From: Sphaerotilus sp.
Lineage (GTDB): Bacteria; Pseudomonadota; Gammaproteobacteria; Burkholderiales; Burkholderiaceae_C
Length of the DNA stretch: 64,000 nucleotides
Direction: 5' to 3'
Assembly (NCBI GenBank): GCA_013299055.1
Contig: JAAFKB010000007.1
Coordinates: 202 to 64,201 of the forward strand
The position numbers and the translations under genes are program-made. Below are positions 10,321 to 17,648 of the stretch, piece after piece (positions within the stretch are counted from its first letter, which is position 1; each line of letters begins with the position of its first letter). The notes beneath the pieces are model-generated. The model had not been told where the DNA came from, made no database searches, and saw only the letters and a program-made list of their open reading frames with translations.

Positions 10321-11516
10321 GCGACAAGCCGACGAAGATCCACCGCTTCACCGACATTCGTCGGCTGGCTGCACGGCTACGGGACGACCTGAACGGCGGC
10401 GGCCAGGACTTCGTGCTGCTCTACGCCTACAACGGTACGGGCAAAACACGGCTGTCGATGGAATTCAAGGACGCTGGCAAGAAAAAAGCCAGGCGTCCCC
10501 TTCGAGCCGGGAATCGTGTGGGGCAACGATTGGTCGTCGATGAAGCCGTGGGCGACACGCTGTACTTCAACGCCTATACTGAAGACTTGTTTTCCTGGGA
10601 CAACGATTTCGAGAACGATACCGAGCGGCGGCTGCATATCAATACCGACTCGACCTTCTTCAAAGGCTTGAAGGAACTGGCACTGGATGAGCGCATCGGC
10701 CACTACTTGGCGCGCTACGCCGATTTTCTGTTTGATATCGACTACGACCAGTGGACCATCAGCTTTCGCAAAGATGAGACACGGTACATCAAGGTATCGC
10801 GCGGCGAAGAGAATATCTTCATCTGGTGTGTCTTCATGGCCATTTGCGAGCGGGTCATTGACGGAGCAGAGTCGTACCAGTGGGTGAAATACCTCTACAT
10901 CGACGACCCAATCACCTCGCTGGACGACAACAACGCGATTGCCGTGGCCAGCGATCTGGCCAAGCTGCTACGAAAAGCCAAAACCCGGACACGGCCTGAG
11001 GTGGTGGCAGCGCACGGGCCGGGTGAGGCCGACAACCCGCCGCGCATGGCGCCGGCGCCCATCAAGGCCGTAGTTTCTTCACACCACGCCCTGTTTTTCA
11101 ACGTGGTGTGCAATGAGCTGAAGAAGGACGCGCACAAGAAGTACCTGCTGCAACGCCCTGAGCGAGGCACCACCTACACGCTGCGCGCGACCGACGACAC
11201 GCCGTTTTTTCACCATGTGTCGATGTTGGCCGAGCTACAGAAGGCAGCCCACGACGGAAAGCTGTACACCTATCACTTCAACATGCTGCGCAGCATTCTG
11301 GAGAAGACGGCCACCTTCTTCGGTAACGACGATTTCTCGTCGTGCATTCATGGGCTGGATGACGAAGACCTGTTCGCCCGCGCGCTCAACCTGCTCAGCC
11401 ACGGCAAATACGACATCTATCAGCCGTCGGAGATGGTGGACGACAACAAGCGGCTGTTCCGAAAGATCCTCGACGCATTCCTGACGCGCTACCAGTTCGC
11501 TTTGCCGCACCTTTGA
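10317..11516 (+). CDS. prrC: PrrC-like anticodon nuclease (ABC-ATPase + HEPN)
   Basis: Walker A YAYNGTGKT; YFNAYTEDLF; PrrC-box-like KVSRGEENIFIW; Walker B/D-loop YIDDPITSLDDN; H-loop SSHH; HEPN residues LRSILEK and RALNLLSH; located between hsdS and hsdM. Confidence 0.85.
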   Translation: MSDKPTKIHRFTDIRRLAARLRDDLNGGGQDFVLLYAYNGTGKTRLSMEFKDAGKKKARRPLRAGNRVGQRLVVDEAVGDTLYFNAYTEDLFSWDNDFENDTERRLHINTDSTFFKGLKELALDERIGHYLARYADFLFDIDYDQWTISFRKDETRYIKVSRGEENIFIWCVFMAICERVIDGAESYQWVKYLYIDDPITSLDDNNAIAVASDLAKLLRKAKTRTRPEVVAAHGPGEADNPPRMAPAPIKAVVSSHHALFFNVVCNELKKDAHKKYLLQRPERGTTYTLRATDDTPFFHHVSMLAELQKAAHDGKLYTYHFNMLRSILEKTATFFGNDDFSSCIHGLDDEDLFARALNLLSHGKYDIYQPSEMVDDNKRLFRKILDAFLTRYQFALPHL

Positions 11517-11616
11517 GCAACCTGCTGAAGACGCTGGAAAACATATTGAAGCGTCGTTCCGAACGCAGCGTTCATCGGCGCTGTGTAGAGAATTTCCATA
11601 TCGAAGCCGATAGACC

Positions 11617-13230
11617 ATGACCGACGAAAAACAGAAACAACTGGGCAAGACCCTCTGGGCCATCGCCGACCAACTGCGCGGCGCGATGGACGCGGACGAT
11701 TTCCGCGACTACATGCTGTCATTCCTGTTCCTGCGTTACCTGTCGGACAACTACGAGACGGCCGCGAAGAAGGAGCTGGGCAGCGACTACCCGAAGGTGG
11801 ACGCAGACAGCCGTCTGGTGCCGCTGGCCGTCTGGTACGCCGACAACCAGGCCGACGTGCCAACGTTCGAGAAGCAGATGCGCCGCAAGGTGCATTACGT
11901 CGTCCAGCCCGCGCACCTGTGGAGCAGCGTCACCCACCTGGCGCGCACGCAAAGCCTCGACCTGCTGATCACGCTGCAGCAAGGCTTCCGCTACATCGAG
12001 ACCGAATCGTTCGAGAGCGCCTTCGCCGGCCTGTTCTCCGAGATCGACCTCGGCTCGACCAAGCTGGGCAAGTCCTACACGGAACGCAACGCCAAGCTCT
12101 GCGCCGTCATCCAGAAGATCGCCGAAGGGCTGTCATCGTTTTCCACCGACGTGGACACGCTGGGCGATGCCTACGAATACCTGATCGGCCAGTTCGCAGC
12201 TGGCTCGGGCAAGAAGGCAGGCGAGTTCTACACCCCCCAGCAGATCTCCGACATCCTCTCGACCATCGTCACGCTGGACAGCCAGGAACCCAGGACCGGC
12301 GCCCGGCAGCGCCTCGACAGCGTGATGGACTTTGCCTGCGGCTCAGGCTCGCTGCTGCTGAACGTGCGCCAGCGCGTGAAGAAGGCCGGCGGCACCATCG
12401 GCAAGATCCACGGCCAGGAAAAGAACATCACCACCTACAACCTCGCGCGCATGAACATGCTGCTGCACGGGGTGAAGGACACCGAGTTCGAGATCTTCCA
12501 CGGCGACACGCTCACCAACGACTGGCCGATGCTGCGCGAGCTGAACCCGGCCAAGCAGCCCAGGTTCGACGCCATCGTGGCCAACCCGCCGTTCAGCTAC
12601 CGCTGGGATGTCAGCGACGCGATGGCGGACGACGTGCGCTTCAAGAACCACGGCCTCGCCCCGAAGTCGGCGGCAGACTTCGCCTTCCTGCTGCACGGCT
12701 TCCACTTCCTGAAAGACCAGGGGGTGATGGCCATCATCCTGCCGCACGGCGTGCTGTTCCGCGGCGGTGCGGAAGAGCGCATCCGCACCAAGCTGCTGAA
12801 GGACGGGCACATCGACACGGTGATCGGCTTGCCGTCCAACCTGTTCTATTCCACCGGCATCCCGGTCTGCATCCTGGTGCTGAAGAAGTGCAAGAAGCCG
12901 GACAACGTGCTGTTCATCAACGCGGCCGAGCACTTCGTCAAAGGCAAGCGCCAGAACCAGCTCACCGACGAGCACATCGCCAAGATCATCGACACCTACC
13001 AGTTCCGCAAGGAAGCGGCACGTTACGCGCGCTGCGTGGAGATGGCCGAGATCGAGAAGAACGACTTCAACCTGAACATCTCGCGCTACATCAGCACCGC
13101 GGTGGGCGAGGCGGAGATCGATCTGGACGCCACCCACCGCGAACTGGTCGAGATCGAGAAGACGATCGCAGCGGCCAAGGACCAACACAATCGATTCCTG
13201 ATTGAGCTGGGCTTGAAGCCCTTGCCATAG
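11617..13230 (+). CDS. hsdM: Type I RM methyltransferase subunit
   Basis: LWAIADQLRG, GEFYTP, motif I DFACGSG, motif IV NPPF, LPHGVLFRG. Confidence 0.96.
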   Translation: MTDEKQKQLGKTLWAIADQLRGAMDADDFRDYMLSFLFLRYLSDNYETAAKKELGSDYPKVDADSRLVPLAVWYADNQADVPTFEKQMRRKVHYVVQPAHLWSSVTHLARTQSLDLLITLQQGFRYIETESFESAFAGLFSEIDLGSTKLGKSYTERNAKLCAVIQKIAEGLSSFSTDVDTLGDAYEYLIGQFAAGSGKKAGEFYTPQQISDILSTIVTLDSQEPRTGARQRLDSVMDFACGSGSLLLNVRQRVKKAGGTIGKIHGQEKNITTYNLARMNMLLHGVKDTEFEIFHGDTLTNDWPMLRELNPAKQPRFDAIVANPPFSYRWDVSDAMADDVRFKNHGLAPKSAADFAFLLHGFHFLKDQGVMAIILPHGVLFRGGAEERIRTKLLKDGHIDTVIGLPSNLFYSTGIPVCILVLKKCKKPDNVLFINAAEHFVKGKRQNQLTDEHIAKIIDTYQFRKEAARYARCVEMAEIEKNDFNLNISRYISTAVGEAEIDLDATHRELVEIEKTIAAAKDQHNRFLIELGLKPLP

Positions 13231-13268
13231 GGCCAGACCGCCTGAGGGTTCTGACCCCCCCACAAGCC

Positions 13269-13301
13269 AAAAGCCCGCCGGGGAGACCCGGCGGGCTTTT
13301 T
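13269..13301. terminator. Bidirectional Rho-independent terminator between convergent genes
   Basis: AAAAGCCCGCCGGG-loop-CCCGGCGGGCTTTTT with A-tract on the left and T-tract on the right. Confidence 0.85.
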
Positions 13302-13322
13302 GTCGAGTTCAGCGCCTGCGCA

Positions 13323-13649
13323 TCAGCACGGCGTGATGCCTGGGCCGCCACGTTTGCATGGCGGCACCACCACCACCGGGCGAGGCGGATGGTGCGGCCG
13401 GTCCGGGCGCTCGGCCTTGGCATGGCCGCGTCCGCCCCATTGGTGGTCGTGGTGATCGCGACCACCATGGTGCTTGTCTCGGCCATCCATGGTCTGGACC
13501 ACGGGCTGCATGCGCCCGCGGCCACGGGTGTCGGTCGCGTGGGCGGGCAGGCTGCCCAGCAACGTGATCGAGACGAGGGCCAGTGCGCCCAGCACCCGCC
13601 GAGTCGACCCGGCTCCCATGGTGCGCATGATTGAAGTCTGTCGTGTCAT
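13323..13649 (-). CDS. Small secreted His/Arg/Gly-rich protein with a C-terminal Cys pair
   Basis: AGGAG RBS 6 nt before ATG; signal peptide RRVLGALALVSITLLGSLPAHA; mature part DKHHGGRDHHDH...PPCKRGGPGITPC; followed by a terminator. Confidence 0.6.
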   Translation of the reverse strand: MTRQTSIMRTMGAGSTRRVLGALALVSITLLGSLPAHATDTRGRGRMQPVVQTMDGRDKHHGGRDHHDHQWGGRGHAKAERPDRPHHPPRPVVVVPPCKRGGPGITPC

Positions 13650-14134
13650 TTGCCACTCCTGAATTGGTTTTTGAATTACCCGCGCTGTGTGCGGGTAATT
13701 GATTCTAGAGTTTTGGCAGACTGCTATCCGAAATGAATTATTTCGACTTTCTTAAGCTCGACAAAGGTATGGTGTGTAGATTATCTGGTGCGTGGTAATC
13801 AAATCCATATTGCACTCTAGATATAAAAAATGATCATCTTTGAAAGATGAAGCAGTAAAGATGGGAGACGTTGGTCACCGTAGCCATTCAGCGTGGGCAA
13901 TGCGCAGGACAGCACCGGTGTGCTGGAACGCCATGGCCATGCGCTGTCGCGGATGAATTTTCGCATTCCGGCCTTCCGCTCTGCTGCAAGGCCCGATGCC
14001 GACCGAATGGACAGGGCGGATTGTTGGATCTTGTTGCATTTCCGTGCGGCGGACTGCACGGTCTGGCTGGAATTGGAGCGGTGTCGCGCCTGTGGCGCGG
14101 GTGGTGCTCGCCGGGCGGGCGCCCGGCGTCGGGC

Positions 14135-14500
14135 TCAGGGGCGCGAGGTGGCGATCTGCACGGTCGGAGCGCGGGCCGCCGACGGGGGGGTCACGAACGC
14201 CAGGTTGTATTGCGCACTTTCCAGCCCCAGCGCCAGGGCCTTGCGGTACCACTCCGCCGCCATGGCCACGTCGCGCGGAACCCCTTCGCCACGCTCGTGC
14301 ATCAGGCCAAGACTGCGTTTTGCACGGGCGTCCCCACGGGCTGCAGCGTCGCCGAATGCCTTGATCGCCAGATCGAAACGTCCGTGCTGGTAGGCCGCCA
14401 CGCCATCGTCGTAGCTGGCCCAGGCGGGGCTGCACGGCACGCTGACCAGCATGAGCAGGCCGAGGGCACGCCGCAGAAAAGAAGAAGGGTATGTACGCAT
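14135..14500 (-). CDS. Secreted Sel1-repeat (TPR-like) protein
   Basis: Signal peptide ending PAWA; YDDGVAAY..G.F..A; Sel1 repeat AKRSLGLMHERGEGVPRDVAMAAEWYRKA; AQYNL. Confidence 0.75.
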   Translation of the reverse strand: MRTYPSSFLRRALGLLMLVSVPCSPAWASYDDGVAAYQHGRFDLAIKAFGDAAARGDARAKRSLGLMHERGEGVPRDVAMAAEWYRKALALGLESAQYNLAFVTPPSAARAPTVQIATSRP

Positions 14501-14760
14501 GGGCTGGATCCTGATTGGTACTCCTGCGTGCTTCAAGTGCGCAATTCACGCGCTGCGGAAACACACCAGAAACGCAGGGTGGATTGGACGGGCACCCGCA
14601 GCCATCCGCGCCATGCCTTCGGACAGCCCGGCCCCGCTGACGTGTGCACCGACTGTTCCGCGCTTGTGACACGTCTGTCTGACTTTCGACGCGCTTATCC
14701 CGTTCCTGTGGCGCGTGCGTGCCGCGTAGGCTGCGCATCAGGATGTAACGGAGTGTATTC

Positions 14761-15441
14761 ATGCGCGGAAACTCGCAGGTCAAGGCAAGCCCATGGGCGG
14801 TAGCCCTGGTCGGGTGCGCGCTGCTGCTGCTGGTCGGCCCGGCAGCCAGTGCGCCTGGGGTGGCCCTGGCCGGCACCATGGGCGACAAGGTGGTGCTGGT
14901 CATCGACGGTCGCACGCGGGTGCTGTCGCTGGGCGAGACGGTCGATGGCGTGCGCGTGCAGCGCGGTGCCGGCGAGCGGTCGGTCGTCGTCGAGGCGGGT
15001 GGGTACCGGCAGGCCCTGGTGGTGGGCGCTGCACCGGTGGCCGTGGGGGATGCGCAGGCGCTGCGCGCCGGGCGCCAGCGGCCGGTGCTCGTGCTGGAAG
15101 CGGGCAGCGACCGGATCTACCAGACCGGCGGCGAGATCAACGGCCATGCCATGCAGGCGGTGGTGGACACGGGGGCCTCGGTGGTCGTGCTGTCGGTGCA
15201 GACGGCGCAGCGCATGGGCGTAGACTGGCAGGCGGGCACGGCTGCGCAGGTGCAGACCGCCTCGGGCCGCAGCGCCGGACGGCGGGTGCGGCTGGCGCAG
15301 GTCCGTCTCGGCCCGCTGCAGGCCCGCGATGTCGAGGCGGTGGTCATCGACAGCGACATGCCCCATGTGCTGGTCGGCAACAGCTTTCTCCAGGGCTTTC
15401 GCCTGCAGTGGGAGCAGGGGCGCCTGTCGATGTCGCCCTGA
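14761..15441 (+). CDS. Retropepsin-like (clan AA, TIGR02281-type) aspartic protease
   Basis: Signal peptide; catalytic VVDTGAS; TASG flap; VLVGNSFL C-terminal motif. Confidence 0.85.
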   Translation: MRGNSQVKASPWAVALVGCALLLLVGPAASAPGVALAGTMGDKVVLVIDGRTRVLSLGETVDGVRVQRGAGERSVVVEAGGYRQALVVGAAPVAVGDAQALRAGRQRPVLVLEAGSDRIYQTGGEINGHAMQAVVDTGASVVVLSVQTAQRMGVDWQAGTAAQVQTASGRSAGRRVRLAQVRLGPLQARDVEAVVIDSDMPHVLVGNSFLQGFRLQWEQGRLSMSP

Positions 15442-15509
15442 GCGGCGGCAGGGCTACCATCGGCACGCGAGGGGCTGCAGACGATGACAGGAGTGCCAGG
15501 AGTGCCGCG

Positions 15510-16127
15510 ATGACATGCCAAGTGATGCGATGGGGAGGGCTGGCCGCGCTGTGGCTGCTGGTCGGTACGGCCTCGGCCCAGTACAAGGTGGTCGGCCCTG
15601 ACGGCCGGATCACCTACACCGACCGCCCCCCCGCCGGCCCCGCTGCCCGCCTGTCCGGGGCGGAGCGCGCCGCCGGGTCGGCGCCGGTCGAGCTGCCCTA
15701 CGACCTGCGCCAGGCGATGGCCCGCTACCCGGCCACGCTCTACACCGCGCCGAACTGCAGCCCCTGCGACAGCGCCCGTGGCCTGCTGCGGCAGCGGGGG
15801 GTGCCCGTGCGCGAGTTCAGCGTCGTGCGCGCCGAAGACCTGGCCGAGCTGCAGCGGCGCGAAGGCGCGATCGAGCTGCCCATCCTGCGACTGGGCGCGC
15901 AGCGCCTGCAGGGCTTCGAGGCCAGCGACTGGCAGACCACGCTCGACGCGGCTACCTACCCGCGCACGTCACGCCTGCCGCCCACCTGGCGTGCGGCTCC
16001 CGCGCAGCCCTTGGTGCCTGTGGCCACGCAGGAGTCTGACCCGGCGCCCGCCGGCGCCCCTCGGCTGCGCCCGATTCCCGACACGGCTCCCGTGCTGCCG
16101 GCCGCTTCAGGCCAGTTCCGGTTCTGA
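15510..16127 (+). CDS. Glutaredoxin-family protein with N-terminal DUF4124-like segment
   Basis: GGAG RBS; signal peptide; QYKVVGPDGRITYTDRPP; LYTAPNCSPCD (CxxC). Confidence 0.8.
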   Translation: MTCQVMRWGGLAALWLLVGTASAQYKVVGPDGRITYTDRPPAGPAARLSGAERAAGSAPVELPYDLRQAMARYPATLYTAPNCSPCDSARGLLRQRGVPVREFSVVRAEDLAELQRREGAIELPILRLGAQRLQGFEASDWQTTLDAATYPRTSRLPPTWRAAPAQPLVPVATQESDPAPAGAPRLRPIPDTAPVLPAASGQFRF

Positions 16128-17648
16128 CGACGGCACCGGCCAGCGGCTGACGCGGTTGCGCCCGCTGCGCTTGCTCTCGTAGAGTGCCTGGTCGGCCCGG
16201 TCCACCAGCGCCGCCAGCCCGGCCAGTCCCGGCTCGTGCAGCGCCAGGCCGAAGCTGGAGGTCACCTGCAGCCCCGCCACCGACGTGACCTGCGCGCCCG
16301 CCGTCTGCTCGATCTCCAGCCGCAGCCGCTCGGCCAGCGCCTGCACGTCGCCCACGGCGCGCTGCGGCAGCAGCAGGCAGAACTCCTCGCCGCCGTAGCG
16401 GCACACCAGGTCAGTGCTGCGCACGCCGCTGCCCAGGATGGCCGCCACCGCCTTGATCACCTGGTCGCCAGTGGCGTGGCCGTGGCGGTCGTTGAACTGC
16501 TTGAAGTGGTCGATGTCGGCCATCACGCAGACCAGCCCCTCGCCGCGCTGGTCGGCCAGCTCGAACAGCCGCGTGGCCTGCTCGAAGAAGGCGCGACGGT
16601 TCAGGCAGCCCGTCATGGGATCGCGGGTGGCCAGACGGCTGAGTTCCTCGTTGCGCTCGCGCAGGGCCTGCTGCGAGGTCTGCAAGGCACGGTTGAGCTG
16701 GTGCAGGGCGCTCACGTCGCGCAGCCGCAGCAGGCTGCCGCGCACCTGCCCGCCAGGGTCGAGCACCGGCGTGCATTTGACCAGCACCTCGCGCTGCTGG
16801 TCGGGCGCGCTGGCGTCGGTGATGCGGATCTCGCGCTCGGGCGAGGCGGCCGCCGTGCGGGTGGCGGTGGTCCATGGCAGCGGTACGTCCTTGTCCTGCC
16901 CCGTGCCTTGCAGGGCGCTGCACAGCCAGTCGAGCTGCGTGACGGGCTGGCCGATGGTCACGTCGGTGCGGGCCAGGCGGCGCAGGGCCTCGTTGGCCAT
17001 CATCACGCGGGCCTGCGGGTCGAGGATGACGATGCCCTCGTCGAGCACGTCGAAGGCGTCGCGCACCCGCTCCGGGATCACCTGGCCCGGATCGAGGTGC
17101 TGCAGCACGCGGCGCAGGTAGAGCCAGATCGCCAGCCCGCTCAGGACCGCGATGGCCAGCAGCGCCCGCACCACCGGCGTGGCCAGCACCCCCGCCAGCG
17201 TCGACGGGTAGAGCGGGCGGAAGGCGATTTCCAGCGTGCCCCAGGGCTGCTGGCGGGCGTCGTGGATGGCCACGCGCACCTGGGTCAGCGTCGAGCGTTC
17301 GCCGGCGGGCAGGGTCCAGTGCGCGGCGTGGTCGCCCACCAGGGTGATGCGCGGGCGGCCGGGTTGCACCAGCGCCACCGACAGCACCTCCGGGTCTTGC
17401 GCGACGAGCTGCCGCACGGCCGCGTGCGGCAGGCGCTGGTTCTGCTCGACGCCCTGCGTGACCAGCAGCGCCAGCGCCGTGCTGGTGGTCTGGCGAGAGA
17501 CCAGCTCGGTGCGGGCGCGGTCCGGCACCAGACCGAACAGCACATCCAGCAGGAAGATCACCGCCAGGAAGATGGCGACGAGCCCCAGCGTCAGCCGCAG
17601 CTCGACCCCTGGGCGGGGCCACCAGGCAGGCCAGGCGTGGCGGCTCAT
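16107..17648 (-). CDS. Membrane-anchored PAS-GGDEF diguanylate cyclase
   Basis: Two TM helices around a periplasmic domain; PAS; DPMTGCLNRR, DIDHFKQFND, I-site RSTD, GGEEF; start overlaps the upstream stop. Confidence 0.92.
   Translation of the reverse strand: MSRHAWPAWWPRPGVELRLTLGLVAIFLAVIFLLDVLFGLVPDRARTELVSRQTTSTALALLVTQGVEQNQRLPHAAVRQLVAQDPEVLSVALVQPGRPRITLVGDHAAHWTLPAGERSTLTQVRVAIHDARQQPWGTLEIAFRPLYPSTLAGVLATPVVRALLAIAVLSGLAIWLYLRRVLQHLDPGQVIPERVRDAFDVLDEGIVILDPQARVMMANEALRRLARTDVTIGQPVTQLDWLCSALQGTGQDKDVPLPWTTATRTAAASPEREIRITDASAPDQQREVLVKCTPVLDPGGQVRGSLLRLRDVSALHQLNRALQTSQQALRERNEELSRLATRDPMTGCLNRRAFFEQATRLFELADQRGEGLVCVMADIDHFKQFNDRHGHATGDQVIKAVAAILGSGVRSTDLVCRYGGEEFCLLLPQRAVGDVQALAERLRLEIEQTAGAQVTSVAGLQVTSSFGLALHEPGLAGLAALVDRADQALYESKRSGRNRVSRWPVPSSEPELA

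Noticed and set aside
13817-14134. Possible frameshifted continuation of the Sel1 gene or extra ORFs
   Set aside because: No frame gives a recognisable domain; treated as intergenic/regulatory.
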